From Candidatus Gastranaerophilales bacterium (lineage in GTDB: Bacteria; Cyanobacteriota; Vampirovibrionia; Gastranaerophilales; UBA9971), in contig JANQEB010000025.1 in NCBI GenBank assembly GCA_028278605.1, positions 1-47,150 of the forward strand: a stretch of DNA of 47,150 nt, read 5' to 3'. The notes under the pieces are model-generated. The model made no database searches and had not been told where the DNA came from. It saw nothing but the letters and a program-made list of their open reading frames with translations. This document shows positions 31,699-42,121 of the stretch, in pieces. The position numbers and the translations under genes were made by a program. Every line of letters begins with the position of its first letter. Position 1 is the first letter of the stretch.

Positions 31699-32719
31699 AG
31701 GTGATAACGCAAGGTTAGGGTATCAGTCTAGTGTAGGCTTGGCCGAAGAAACGACATTCGGCACAAAGGTTGATTCTTTCGATTATCTAGAGTTCATATC
31801 AGAATCTTTTAAGGTCGATAGAGAGTCTAGGAAGCTTGAAAGTATCAACACTGGGCGAAGTTTCATTAAAAGAGTTCAGTTAAATGAGACTGTCGAAGGT
31901 AGCCTAGAGGCCGAATTTAATCCAGCTTCAGACTTTGCAATCAAACTTATGAAGCAAGCCTTTGGGGGTACTGTTACAAGTGCGACACAAGCCTCTTCAG
32001 ATATCCTGCATACAATCAATGTTGGGGACATGGAATCGAATGCAGGCACATCTACTTCAAGCGATGTGAAAAGTTTAACATTCCAGGCAGATAAAGGCGG
32101 GACAGTTTATGATTATGTAGGCTGTCGAGTTAACTCTTTTACCCTTAAAGCCGAAGTCGGCGGAATGGTTATGATGACTGCAGAGGTAATCGGTAAGTCT
32201 GGATCACTTTCTTCAAGTACACCAACGGCTGTATTTTCTGACATTATACCTGCTGATTATTTAGGTGTAACTTTTGCTTTAGGTGACTCTTTAGGCAATG
32301 TTTCCGCTGAGACGGTACAGTCTTTTGAGTTTTCTATCAACAATAACCTTGATGGAGAACAAAGGGGCCTTGGCTCAAGAAGTCGAAACATAATCCCACC
32401 TGTACGTCGAGAGGTTTCTTTGAAAGTGACACAAAGAGCTGATACGACCACAAATTACAGTCAATTTCTTGCTGAGACAATATCTGCCATTAAGATAACA
32501 ATGGATACTACACAAACCATTACATCAAGCACTGGTTCAGAGACATACCAGTGTCAATTAGAGTTCCCCAGATGCTATACCAAAGGTCCAGCACAGCCGG
32601 AGGTTGGTGACGCGGGTGTTCTAAGTTATGACATTGAATATGAACCTATATCTGATAACACGACCACTGCATACGATGTAAGGGCTTTAGTGTATAACGC
32701 AACAGCAAACTATTTCTAA
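31691..32719 (+). CDS. Major tail (tube) protein
   Basis: GGAGG RBS. 342 aa. Immediately upstream of the chaperone pair and tape measure. Ser/Thr-rich loops. Confidence 0.55.
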   Translation: MAKGDNARLGYQSSVGLAEETTFGTKVDSFDYLEFISESFKVDRESRKLESINTGRSFIKRVQLNETVEGSLEAEFNPASDFAIKLMKQAFGGTVTSATQASSDILHTINVGDMESNAGTSTSSDVKSLTFQADKGGTVYDYVGCRVNSFTLKAEVGGMVMMTAEVIGKSGSLSSSTPTAVFSDIIPADYLGVTFALGDSLGNVSAETVQSFEFSINNNLDGEQRGLGSRSRNIIPPVRREVSLKVTQRADTTTNYSQFLAETISAIKITMDTTQTITSSTGSETYQCQLEFPRCYTKGPAQPEVGDAGVLSYDIEYEPISDNTTTAYDVRALVYNATANYF

Positions 32720-32737
32720 AAAACGGAGGTTAGGAAC

Positions 32738-33094
32738 ATGCTTTTAGATTTAAACAAAGTCGCACCAGAGGATAAGAAAATTGAGCTAGGTGATAAAAAA
32801 TATATCATTCCAGGTCAATTACCGGCTAGTGTAATGCTTAAGGTTATGAGAATCCAGAACGATATAGGTGAAAACCCAGGAGACCCAGATTTAATTGAGC
32901 AATGCATGAAAATTGTTCATGAAGTTTTTCAGATCAATCAGCCAGATTTAGCATATGAGGATTTTATGAAGAAAGTTTCTTTTGATCAAGCGACTTTAAT
33001 CATTGGGTTTTTGTATGAAAGTCCTGGCGTGAAGGAAATTGAAAAAAAGCCAGAAGGGGAGGACAATCCCCAGGCCGCGAAGTCAGTATCATAA
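32738..33094 (+). CDS. Tail assembly chaperone (gpG-like, zero-frame product)
   Basis: GGAGG RBS. Acidic 118-aa protein directly upstream of the tape measure. Contains the slippery heptamer. Confidence 0.7.
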   Translation: MLLDLNKVAPEDKKIELGDKKYIIPGQLPASVMLKVMRIQNDIGENPGDPDLIEQCMKIVHEVFQINQPDLAYEDFMKKVSFDQATLIIGFLYESPGVKEIEKKPEGEDNPQAAKSVS

Positions 33095-33252
33095 CCGTCA
33101 TCGGGAACTACGCTCGATTTTTTAGAGTCGATCCATCCAGGGTTTTGGAAACGCCTTGGCTTTTGTTTATAGGGCTTATAGATTATATGACGGTTGCAAT
33201 GGAAAAAAAGGAGAGAAGGCAGAGAGAGCTAGAGAAAAAATATGGCAAGTGA
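32738..33252 (+). CDS. Tail assembly chaperone -1 frameshift fusion (gpGT-like)
   Basis: After A AAA AAG (33043-33049), I checked every -1 frame codon. The frame stays open for 68 codons to TGA 33250-33252, overlapping the tape-measure start. Confidence 0.65.
33043..33049 (+). promoter_or_regulatory. Programmed -1 ribosomal frameshift slippery heptamer A AAA AAG
   Basis: In phase as GA-A AAA AAG relative to ATG 32738. Confidence 0.65.
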
Positions 33253-35422
33253 AATTGCATTAAAGATTTCAGCGGACATTAAGAATGCTCAAGTTGCCTT
33301 GAAAAGACTTCAAGGTAACTTGGGCGACTTAGGCTCTCAAGTTAAAAGAACAAATCCTGATTTACAGAAATTTAAAGACAATTGGAAAAGTATTGGTCTT
33401 ACTTTTGTAGGACTTGGCTTTGTTTTTGCTAAAATGATTCAGAAGGCTTCTGATCTTCAAGAGACTACTAATAAATTTAGTGCTGTATTTAAAGACGTTA
33501 GCGATGAGGCTGAAAAGATGGCAAGAGATCTCCAGGACGCCTATGGGTTAGGTGTTCTTGAATCGAAAAAGCTTCTTTCAAATACTGCTGACTTATTGAC
33601 CGGATTTGGCATACAAGGTAAAGAGGCATTAAGCCTTTCTGCTAAAGTTCAGAAACTATCCGTTGATTTAGCATCATTTACTAACATACAAGGTGGTGCA
33701 TCAAGAGCATCGGAAGCATTAACCAAAGCGATGTTGGGCGAAAGGGAAATGACAAAAGCCTTGGGAATTGTCATTAGAGAAAAAGATGTCTTAGAACAAG
33801 CCTCTTTGATAATGAAGGAAAGTAATGTTGAAATGACATTACAGCAAGCAAAAGCGGAAGCTGTTTATCAAATCGCACTTAGCCAGTCAGTCAATGCAAT
33901 TGGGGATTACCAAAAAACCCAGCACACATTTGCTAATCAATGGCGTTTATTTGGTGCTTTGACTGAAGATGTAACGGCCCAGCTTGGTGAAGCATATCTG
34001 CCAACGGCAAGAAATGTTGTGAGTTCTGCAAATAATTTATTGAAGGCTTTCAGGGGATTGAATCCTGAAACTAAGCAGCTAGTCGCAAACATTGGGGCAG
34101 TGGGTGCTGTAATGGGCACATTAGGCGCTATAGCTGTCACGTTAGGTACAGGTGTCGCTTTAATTACCGGCGCTTTCATTGCTCTAGGTGCTGCAATTGT
34201 TGCGGTCGCCGTTCATTGGGATGAGATAGTCGCAACATGGGAATTCGGAATTGCTAAAGTAAAAAGAGAATTTCAATTATTATGGTCAGGTATTAAAATT
34301 GGTTTTTTGTTCATAGCAAAGACAGCCCAAGAGATGGCAGCTAAAATATTTCAGCCTTTAGTTAATGGAATTAATGTTACAATACAAGGGTATAACAGAT
34401 TAACAGGCTCTTCGATATCTTCTTTAAAACTAATGGCAGGAGCTAGTGCAAAAGCATTAGGTCGACAGTTGTCTGCTGAGAAAAGAAAATTTGCATCATT
34501 AAAAAGATCATCTAAACAGGAAATTGATGCCCTCGTGAAGTTGAATAAAGCTAAAAGAAAGCTAGAGCAAGACGCCACTAGTTCTACTTTAAAAAATGCA
34601 AAAAATGAATCAATGCAAAAACAGCAGATTCAAAAGTCAGGCGAAGAAGGAAGTAAGGTTTCACAAGTACAGTTTCTTGAAGCCATGCGGACAGAGAGAC
34701 AGTTAAATAGAGAGATTGAGGCAGAAGAAGATGAATTTGAAAAGGAAATTCTGAAAGCCAAGCTTGCAGAAACGCAGCAGATTATAGCCGATGCTAATAG
34801 GTCAGAGGTTGAAATGAATAAGGTCAAACGCGACTTAATGGCACAGGAAGACGCCTTGGCTTGGAAGCAAGCTGGTCAAGGACACCTCGAGTTGTCAAAT
34901 TTCGTCCAAGGTTCATTGAATCAAAATATTGGTTGGCAATTTAGGTTATTTAAAGCTCTAGCTATTCAAACAGCTATTATCGATACATGGGCAGCAGCAA
35001 CCGCAGCACAAAAAGCAATGTCGGGGATTCCTTTTGTAGGACCAGCTTTAGGCATAGCAGCAGCAGGTGTGGCTATAGCTGCGGGGATTGCAAGAGTTGG
35101 CAAAATAAAAGCTACTAAACCACCTAAAGCTGCGACAGGCGCACTAATTAGGGGGTCTGTGTCAGGGTCACCAATTATAGCAGGTGAAGGCGGTCGAGAT
35201 GAGGCGATTATTCCACTTCAGAATAGGGAGGCTATGAATAGATTGGCCGGTGCCGGCGCTGGGATGGGACAAACAATAAATCTTACAATAAACGTGGAAA
35301 ATTCTGTTGGGGACATAACAGATGACATGATAAGCAAAATCGACGATGGCTTGCAAACTCTTTTTAAAGAAAGACGAGGTTCCGTATTTGCTGAAGAAAT
35401 ATTACAGGAGGCCGAAACATGA
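33242..35422 (+). CDS. Tape measure protein
   Basis: 726 aa. Helical with Gly/Ala-rich TM-like stretches. Canonical position after the G/GT pair. Confidence 0.85.
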   Translation: MASEIALKISADIKNAQVALKRLQGNLGDLGSQVKRTNPDLQKFKDNWKSIGLTFVGLGFVFAKMIQKASDLQETTNKFSAVFKDVSDEAEKMARDLQDAYGLGVLESKKLLSNTADLLTGFGIQGKEALSLSAKVQKLSVDLASFTNIQGGASRASEALTKAMLGEREMTKALGIVIREKDVLEQASLIMKESNVEMTLQQAKAEAVYQIALSQSVNAIGDYQKTQHTFANQWRLFGALTEDVTAQLGEAYLPTARNVVSSANNLLKAFRGLNPETKQLVANIGAVGAVMGTLGAIAVTLGTGVALITGAFIALGAAIVAVAVHWDEIVATWEFGIAKVKREFQLLWSGIKIGFLFIAKTAQEMAAKIFQPLVNGINVTIQGYNRLTGSSISSLKLMAGASAKALGRQLSAEKRKFASLKRSSKQEIDALVKLNKAKRKLEQDATSSTLKNAKNESMQKQQIQKSGEEGSKVSQVQFLEAMRTERQLNREIEAEEDEFEKEILKAKLAETQQIIADANRSEVEMNKVKRDLMAQEDALAWKQAGQGHLELSNFVQGSLNQNIGWQFRLFKALAIQTAIIDTWAAATAAQKAMSGIPFVGPALGIAAAGVAIAAGIARVGKIKATKPPKAATGALIRGSVSGSPIIAGEGGRDEAIIPLQNREAMNRLAGAGAGMGQTINLTINVENSVGDITDDMISKIDDGLQTLFKERRGSVFAEEILQEAET

Positions 35423-36189
35423 ACATGGAGTTTCTTGAAAGGAATTATATTAATACTACAACTTCAGTCAATGCAAGTGCAGGCACTTCGACAGTTTCAT
35501 ATTTGTTTGATCGTAAGTTGTCTACAAATTACACTGCTTCCCCCACAGTTACTATTCATTTTACTATAAATAACACAATTGATAGAATTGTATTCCAGGA
35601 AATAAATTTAAAAGCGTTTACAATTAAGCATGTTACCGGTACGTCATTATTTTTAAAGTCAGGCTCAGACACAACAACAGCAGAATTCTCGAGCAATAGT
35701 TCTACTAGTCTATATTTAGTTCTAGGATCAATTACAACTGTGAACACATTGACATTTATTGGATCTAGTGCAATAACAGGTGGTCTTATACAGATAGGTC
35801 AAATGTGGATGACAAAAAACATATATGAGCTAGAAAGAAATCCTGAAATATCTGATTTTGACATTGCTCGTAATAGGAAAGAGTATAAACATAAAATGGC
35901 GGGTGGAGGAACCGCGTTATACACAATCGAAGAGAAATATTTTGAGGGCAGAATGTCATGGGACTTCATAAGTTCTTCAGCAACAACATCACTTGAAAGT
36001 GTTTATGATCAGAAGGATGGGATTGTCTATGTTCCGTTCCCGACGCTGACTTCAGACTGGACTGGTCAAAAGTTAGCGGTAGCATATGAAGTTGTATGGC
36101 ATGGTGACTTTAGATTTGATCTTCAAAGTGACAATGACAGGGGGTCAGGATACTCAGGCGCAATTAGGCTTGATGAAACACCAAAATGA
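35419..36189 (+). CDS. Distal tail protein (Dit-position)
   Basis: ATGA overlap with the tape measure. 256 aa, beta-rich. Confidence 0.5.
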   Translation: MNMEFLERNYINTTTSVNASAGTSTVSYLFDRKLSTNYTASPTVTIHFTINNTIDRIVFQEINLKAFTIKHVTGTSLFLKSGSDTTTAEFSSNSSTSLYLVLGSITTVNTLTFIGSSAITGGLIQIGQMWMTKNIYELERNPEISDFDIARNRKEYKHKMAGGGTALYTIEEKYFEGRMSWDFISSSATTSLESVYDQKDGIVYVPFPTLTSDWTGQKLAVAYEVVWHGDFRFDLQSDNDRGSGYSGAIRLDETPK

Positions 36190-37472
36190 GCATTTCGGAT
36201 GAATTAAAAACATTAATCAAACGACCTAAAATGAGGGTCTTTAGACGCTTGTCTATTCGCAGACGAATAGCCGCGACGGGAGACTATGAATCCGATTGGG
36301 TGGCAATTGATAATCGTCTTATTAAGAAGTACGGTACTGTGTCGAGGGGCATGTCTAACATGAAGGCGAATTTCTATAAGTATTCTGGGATGACTTTTGA
36401 GTTTAACAATGAAGGCGGTATATTTAATGATGTTACTGATGACAGTAGTATTTTTTACAACTTTCTGTCTGTTTATAGAACATTAGTAAGAGTAGAGGCG
36501 GGTTACCTTGATGATAGTGATGTAGAGCACCCTACTAATTCTGTGATTTATTTTGGTTATGTAGGCGAAGACATTGTTAGAACTGATAAGAACGTTTTTA
36601 GAATGCCTACACACCATATCAGCAAAGTTTTTGATGAGTTCCCAGCCGATCAAGTTAAAGGCCTTGGAGCAGCTCAGAAGGCTTATCAGATTATAGAAAA
36701 AGTTCGAGATCATAAAGATACTCTTGGGGTACCGATTTTTCAAAAATATATTTCGTCTACTGCTTGGAACATAGAGAGTACAACAACGGACTATAACATT
36801 GCGACATCAACAGCTCTTCAGGGGAAAACAGTTTGGAAACTTTTACAAAAGTTGGCTGAGGCTGAAAGTAAATTGCTTTACATAGATCCGAATGGGCAAT
36901 TTAGATTTGAATCGACAGCAGTAGAAACGTCATCGGTTTGGCATTTTTCAGGCCCACAGGATGAAGATCAGTCATTTGGTAAAAATATTATATCTGTTTT
37001 GAAGTTAGGTGAAAACCTAAAAAATATCTATAATAGAGTAATGGTAAAATTTGGCGATGCCAATACGTCTACTTCATATAAAATTAGAACAGAGTCTTGG
37101 AATTGGGGCGATTCATCTAGCTCGTTCAAATATGGGATTAGAACATATAAATATAAAAATGAGTTTTTAAATTCGGCAACTGCAAATACAGTAGCAGATA
37201 CAATATATGATCGTTATGTGTTGCCATTAAGAGAAGCTAGGTTTAAGTCGAAATTTCTACCTGGTTTAGATATATCTGACACTGTAGATGTGACGCACAA
37301 TACAGGCGAGGTATTGGAGAATGCCGCATATGGCAAAGGTTTGTACGGTGAGGGAATTTACGGAAAATATATTCCTGGGTCTGTTAATTTAGCAGGCACT
37401 AAGTTTCTAGTTACTAATATAAAAGACGATATAGAAAAATTTACTACTGAAGTCACGTTGGAGGAACCTTAG
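36186..37472 (+). CDS. Tail hub / tail-associated protein (Tal-position)
   Basis: ATGA overlap. 428 aa. The call rests on position. Confidence 0.5.
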   Translation: MSISDELKTLIKRPKMRVFRRLSIRRRIAATGDYESDWVAIDNRLIKKYGTVSRGMSNMKANFYKYSGMTFEFNNEGGIFNDVTDDSSIFYNFLSVYRTLVRVEAGYLDDSDVEHPTNSVIYFGYVGEDIVRTDKNVFRMPTHHISKVFDEFPADQVKGLGAAQKAYQIIEKVRDHKDTLGVPIFQKYISSTAWNIESTTTDYNIATSTALQGKTVWKLLQKLAEAESKLLYIDPNGQFRFESTAVETSSVWHFSGPQDEDQSFGKNIISVLKLGENLKNIYNRVMVKFGDANTSTSYKIRTESWNWGDSSSSFKYGIRTYKYKNEFLNSATANTVADTIYDRYVLPLREARFKSKFLPGLDISDTVDVTHNTGEVLENAAYGKGLYGEGIYGKYIPGSVNLAGTKFLVTNIKDDIEKFTTEVTLEEP

Positions 37473-38644
37473 TGTCTACAACTAACTTCGGATTTGGTAA
37501 GCCTACAAATTTGGGAGATGAGGACGGTTGGGGAACTATCCTCAATACCACGTGGGACGACATGGACTCTACACTTAAAACCATATCGGACAAAGTTGCC
37601 GACCTCGCTGTAAACAGGAATTATCTAATAAATCCTTGCTTCATTATTAGTCAGGAATTTGCTAACTCTGCCCCCGCACTTAGTTCAGGTTCATATTTCG
37701 CTGACATGTTTTACGATGAGCATTTTTTCTCAAGCGTAAGCGTCTCTAGATATGATAGCGCAATGGATGAGGCAGGTTACAATAATAAGACGCCTTACGC
37801 AATTAAGTATGAAAATCTATCGGCTATCCCATCACTAGGGGCCGGAGATTATGTCGGCTTCATGACGGCTATTGAGGGGTATGATTATGTAAATCTTCAT
37901 GGTCAATCTGCTATGACTTTATCTTTTATGGTGAAGTCTAGCAAGTCGGGGACTTACTCTGTATCATTCGAAAATGGAGACACTGATCGAATGTATTTAA
38001 CCGAGTATAGTATTACTGCTGATGATACTTGGGAGAAAATATCTATAACAGTACCACCTGACACTAGTGGAACATGGCATTTTGATCATCAGACAGGACT
38101 TAGACTTAGATTTACCATGATGGCTGGCATCGGACTAGTTGCCACGGCTACGGGTTCATGGGACACCTATACTGCTTTTGCTGGAGCAAATCAAGTAAAT
38201 TGGGCAGATACTAGTACGGCAACTTTTTATATGACTCAGCTAAAACTAGAGCCTGGTTCCATTGCAACCGAATACGTCTCTAGGTTTTATCATGAAGAAT
38301 TGTTGATGTGCGAGAGGTATTATGAAAAAAGCTATCTTCATGATAAAACGCCGGCCTCTTCGAATACTACATTTGGACAGCAGGCTGGTATATCTGTAGG
38401 TACAGACACTTACACCGCATGTATCCCTGTCAACTTTAGAACTAAAAAGCGTGCAACGCCATCAGTAACTATTTATAACCCTATCACAGGCTCTACTAAT
38501 TCTATGAGGACTTTAAGTGGGACTAACGTTTCTGCATCGCCTGTAGCAGCAGGGGAGCATGGGTTTTGGGCAAAAAACAACGCGACAACAACGGACGCGA
38601 CTTTACATTTCATTCATTTTGTAGCAGATGCGAGGTTAAGTTAA
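37472..38644 (+). CDS. Tail fibre / receptor-binding protein, paralogue 1
   Basis: GTG start in a TAGTG overlap, GGAGG RBS. N-terminus MSTTNFGFGKP, C-terminus LLMCERYYEKSY...HFVADARLS. Confidence 0.65.
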   Translation: MSTTNFGFGKPTNLGDEDGWGTILNTTWDDMDSTLKTISDKVADLAVNRNYLINPCFIISQEFANSAPALSSGSYFADMFYDEHFFSSVSVSRYDSAMDEAGYNNKTPYAIKYENLSAIPSLGAGDYVGFMTAIEGYDYVNLHGQSAMTLSFMVKSSKSGTYSVSFENGDTDRMYLTEYSITADDTWEKISITVPPDTSGTWHFDHQTGLRLRFTMMAGIGLVATATGSWDTYTAFAGANQVNWADTSTATFYMTQLKLEPGSIATEYVSRFYHEELLMCERYYEKSYLHDKTPASSNTTFGQQAGISVGTDTYTACIPVNFRTKKRATPSVTIYNPITGSTNSMRTLSGTNVSASPVAAGEHGFWAKNNATTTDATLHFIHFVADARLS

Positions 38645-39933
38645 TGGCAACTACCCCAACTACAAATTACTCATGGGGGAAGCCTACTCCTGATGGGTCT
38701 GTCGGAGTCTGGGCACAGGAAACGAACAACCTTATAGATGACATTGACTCTTCGATAAAGATTGTAGAAGATTCAATATTAAGCCTTCTAGGTGATAATA
38801 AATTAGTCAATCCTTCATTCTACATAAGACAAGAGGACAACTCTACTATGACAGGACTTTCAGCAGGTTCAAGTGGTCAATACATCGCAGACATGTGGCA
38901 ATATCATCAGGATTCACTAGTTGGATATTCCTCTAAGATTGAACTCTTGAATGATTTATTTTATCAATCTAACTCTAGTAACGATACGCCATATGCATTG
39001 AGAATACAGCCTCACACAGTTCATAGTATTTCTGCTGCAACAAGTACAGCAAATATAGCTTTAATCTATACTAAGATAGAAGGGCATGTTGCTCAAGAGA
39101 TATTGGCGAATGATTGCATTTTATCTTTTTCTCATAAATCTAATGACAGCGGACCATATGGTTATTTTATATTTTCAGAAGGTGCTACGGGCGTAGCTTA
39201 TCATGATACTTTTTTTAATAATCTAACGGGATGGCAGCATGATGAATATGCGATACCGTTCAAAACCGGGGACGTTGTAAATGCCTCTAATAATACGTCA
39301 TCTGCAACCTTAATAGATGCAGTTAATTTTAATAAAGATGAAAATGCATCTCTTGTGTTAGGATTCGTCGTAGCGGGGGGAGGTGCATTTGGATTTAGTG
39401 AGAAGTGGACTTTATACACAACTACGGCTAACGCTTCTATCGGCACTATGGATAGTCGAATCGGTTCTGTTGGGGACGGTGGGTTTATGGCAACAACCAC
39501 AAACTATATTAGCTTTTCGCAGATAAAACTGGAGATTGGGTCCTCTTCTACTAAATTTATTATGAGACCTTTTCAAGATGAATTGAAGTTGTGTCAAAGA
39601 TATTATGAAACTAGCTATAACTTTCATGTAGCTCCTGGAAGTTCTGCAACGACGTTGGGTGCTATTGCAGGCATAGGTGCAGGTGCTTCAATTACATTAG
39701 CGATGTCAATGTTTAATGTAGAGAAAAGAACAAAGCCAACGATATCAATTTATAACCCGCACTCTGGTTCTGTAAGTTCAATGATGGGCGTTCATAATTC
39801 GGAGTCATCCTCTGTTCCTGACAACTTTTTGGCACAGACTCTATCTAGTACAAAAATGGTTGGAACTCTTGCCAACAAGGTAACAAATGAAATTTTATAT
39901 TATGGACACTACGTGGCGGATGCGAGGATGTAA
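38644..39933 (+). CDS. Tail fibre / receptor-binding protein, paralogue 2
   Basis: TAATG overlap start (the track ORF start 38566 is an upstream extension). MATTPTTNYSWGKP...LKLCQRYYETSY...HYVADARM. Confidence 0.65.
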   Translation: MATTPTTNYSWGKPTPDGSVGVWAQETNNLIDDIDSSIKIVEDSILSLLGDNKLVNPSFYIRQEDNSTMTGLSAGSSGQYIADMWQYHQDSLVGYSSKIELLNDLFYQSNSSNDTPYALRIQPHTVHSISAATSTANIALIYTKIEGHVAQEILANDCILSFSHKSNDSGPYGYFIFSEGATGVAYHDTFFNNLTGWQHDEYAIPFKTGDVVNASNNTSSATLIDAVNFNKDENASLVLGFVVAGGGAFGFSEKWTLYTTTANASIGTMDSRIGSVGDGGFMATTTNYISFSQIKLEIGSSSTKFIMRPFQDELKLCQRYYETSYNFHVAPGSSATTLGAIAGIGAGASITLAMSMFNVEKRTKPTISIYNPHSGSVSSMMGVHNSESSSVPDNFLAQTLSSTKMVGTLANKVTNEILYYGHYVADARM

Positions 39934-41117
39934 TGGCGACTACTCCGACTCAAAATTATGATTTTGGAAAACCTGCAATAGGTGCCTCAATAGATATCTG
40001 GGGTTCAGAACTAAATTCTACTATTGATCAGATTGATCAGGTGCTATTTGATCTACAAGGGAAAGGTGTTGATGAAAATTGGATAATCAACCCAGACTTT
40101 AGGTTTTCTCAAGAATACGGGAACAGTCTTTCAGCAATGACTGGAACTGTAGTTTATTTCGCTGATCAGTGGGATTTTACAAGAACAGGTAGTGGTGCAT
40201 TATCATATGAAAGATATTCAGGCGCGTTAAGCGAGACGTCATATAATAATAGAACTCAATATGCTGCTAAGTTTTCAGTCCATACAGCAGACGGGTCATT
40301 GTCTTCTAGTGATCGATATTTAATTCGACAAAAGATTGAAGGGTATAATTACGCTAATATTCATGGTGTAGGATATACATTATCGTTCATGGTCAAGTCA
40401 AATCGTCCTGGGATTTATAGTGTTTATTTTGCTCATCCTGGAGAGGACAGAAAGTACATAGCGCATTATTCTATAATATCTAGCAATTGGGAAAAAAAGT
40501 CAATTGCTGTTCCTCGAGATACAGGGGGGACCTATAATTTTGACAATACAATAGGTGCATTCGTAGGATTTGTCTTAGGAGCTGGATCAAGCAATATAGG
40601 AACAGAAGGAGCATGGGGGACAGACAAAGACGCTCACTCGCTACAAGCGAACTTTATGGATACAACTACAAATGAATTTTATTTAACTCAAGTAAAGCTC
40701 CAAGGTGGTTCATCGGCCTCTGAATACATACCAAGGCCCCGCCATTTAGATTTAATGCATTGTGAGAGATACTATGAAAAATCTTATGATACTGATACAG
40801 TTCCAGCAGCAGCAACAACATCAGGGATGGTTCTATATCAAGCAAGAGCTGCTACGACTAACTCGATAGTGATGAACGTTAGTTATAGGGTTCCTAAAGT
40901 TGCTAGACCGTCGTCGATTAGTGTCTATAGCGATGTTGGCAGCCTTAGTATGTTTACTGGTCTCATTTCAGATATAAGTGCAAGACAATACACCGTGGGT
41001 GATAAGAGCGCATTATTAGTAAATAGTGCCACTGCTATCGACGCACAAAGATATTTTTCCCACTATGTAGTAGATTTAAGATTAGAGGACGGGGGAGGAG
41101 GTCCACCACCGCCATGA
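39933..41117 (+). CDS. Tail fibre / receptor-binding protein, paralogue 3
   Basis: TAATG overlap start. MATTPTQNYDFGKP...LMHCERYYEKSY...HYVVDLRLEDGGGGPPPP. Confidence 0.65.
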   Translation: MATTPTQNYDFGKPAIGASIDIWGSELNSTIDQIDQVLFDLQGKGVDENWIINPDFRFSQEYGNSLSAMTGTVVYFADQWDFTRTGSGALSYERYSGALSETSYNNRTQYAAKFSVHTADGSLSSSDRYLIRQKIEGYNYANIHGVGYTLSFMVKSNRPGIYSVYFAHPGEDRKYIAHYSIISSNWEKKSIAVPRDTGGTYNFDNTIGAFVGFVLGAGSSNIGTEGAWGTDKDAHSLQANFMDTTTNEFYLTQVKLQGGSSASEYIPRPRHLDLMHCERYYEKSYDTDTVPAAATTSGMVLYQARAATTNSIVMNVSYRVPKVARPSSISVYSDVGSLSMFTGLISDISARQYTVGDKSALLVNSATAIDAQRYFSHYVVDLRLEDGGGGPPPP

Positions 41118-41386
41118 TTAAATGGGCAGCTAAAAACATAAAGACTATTTCAACACTAGTTGGCGTTGTTTTTACCATAGTCACAGCTATAACAGCTTAC
41201 GCTAAGGTGAGCTATAAGGTAGATGAAGCCTACGAAAAAACAAACAGAATCCATGAGATAGAAATTTCTATAACTGAATTAAAGACCATACTGGAAAACG
41301 AAATTGATAACAGAGAGAAAAGAGACAGAGAGACAATCGATAGATTAAAAAGAATAGAGTCACTATTTATCAGGAGGGATAAATGA
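41114..41386 (+). CDS. Small membrane-anchored coiled-coil protein (lysis-module accessory or holin-like)
   Basis: ATGA overlap. One TM helix (LVGVVFTIVTAITAY), then a coiled coil. Confidence 0.4.
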   Translation: MIKWAAKNIKTISTLVGVVFTIVTAITAYAKVSYKVDEAYEKTNRIHEIEISITELKTILENEIDNREKRDRETIDRLKRIESLFIRRDK

Positions 41387-41835
41387 AGTTAAGTAAAGAC
41401 TTTTATCTTGAAGAATTCGTAAGCTCGCCAACGGCAACAAGACACAATATTGACAATGAGCCAAGCCCATCAGTAATTGAAGAATTAACAAAGTTATGTG
41501 TGGAAATAATGCAGCCAATCAGGAATTATTTTGAACGAGCTGTTATAATTTCATCTGGGTACAGATGCCTAGAATTAAATACGCTAATTGGGGGGTCTAA
41601 AACTTCTCAGCATATGAAAGGTCAGGCAGCAGATTTTCATATAAATACAATATCTACAGCGACCATTGTTGATGCGTGTATAAAGTTAAGCCTGCCCTAC
41701 CATCAGTTAATCAATGAATTTGGGCGATGGGTGCATATATCAAAATGCCACCAAGGCAGTGAGCCAGGTAAACAAGTTATGACCGCCGTCAAGCAAGATG
41801 GCAAGACGGTCTACAAGAGGGGGCAGTATGCCTAG
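41383..41835 (+). CDS. Endolysin, peptidase M15 (VanY / L-alanyl-D-glutamate peptidase-like)
   Basis: SGYRCLELNTLIGGSKTSQHMKGQAADF zinc-peptidase signature. Confidence 0.8.
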   Translation: MKLSKDFYLEEFVSSPTATRHNIDNEPSPSVIEELTKLCVEIMQPIRNYFERAVIISSGYRCLELNTLIGGSKTSQHMKGQAADFHINTISTATIVDACIKLSLPYHQLINEFGRWVHISKCHQGSEPGKQVMTAVKQDGKTVYKRGQYA

Positions 41836-42121
41836 AAAATTAACAAAAGACCAAAAAGATGCTAGGCATTTTAAATATCGTTTGATAATCACATTGATTG
41901 CGATTGTCACCTGTTTAGTAATGAAAGCGTTCGAAATATATGGGCCCACTATGAAATGCAAAGACGTAGGTATAAAAATAGTAGGCTGGTTTGAAACTAA
42001 GCATAGCCTAGCAGACCTAGGTCTATTTGTCGCTGCTACTAACATGCTCTTAGACAAACTTATCAACAAATTGAAGTATGGAGTTAAAAACGCAGCCAGA
42101 AAAGTGGCGGGTAAACCATGA
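41828..42121 (+). CDS. Putative holin (2 TM)
   Basis: ATG after AGAGGGGG, overlapping the endolysin stop. Two hydrophobic helices. Confidence 0.5.
   Translation: MPRKLTKDQKDARHFKYRLIITLIAIVTCLVMKAFEIYGPTMKCKDVGIKIVGWFETKHSLADLGLFVAATNMLLDKLINKLKYGVKNAARKVAGKP

Noticed and set aside
38566-38643. Upstream extension of fibre paralogue 2 given in the ORF track
   Set aside because: The extension overlaps the conserved C-terminus of paralogue 1. The conserved MATTPT N-terminus begins at ATG 38644 with the same TAATG junction as paralogue 3.
37472-41117. Diversity-generating retroelement acting on the fibre paralogues
   Set aside because: I recognised no reverse transcriptase gene and no template/variable repeat pair with adenine-specific differences. 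The divergence is spread over whole central domains.
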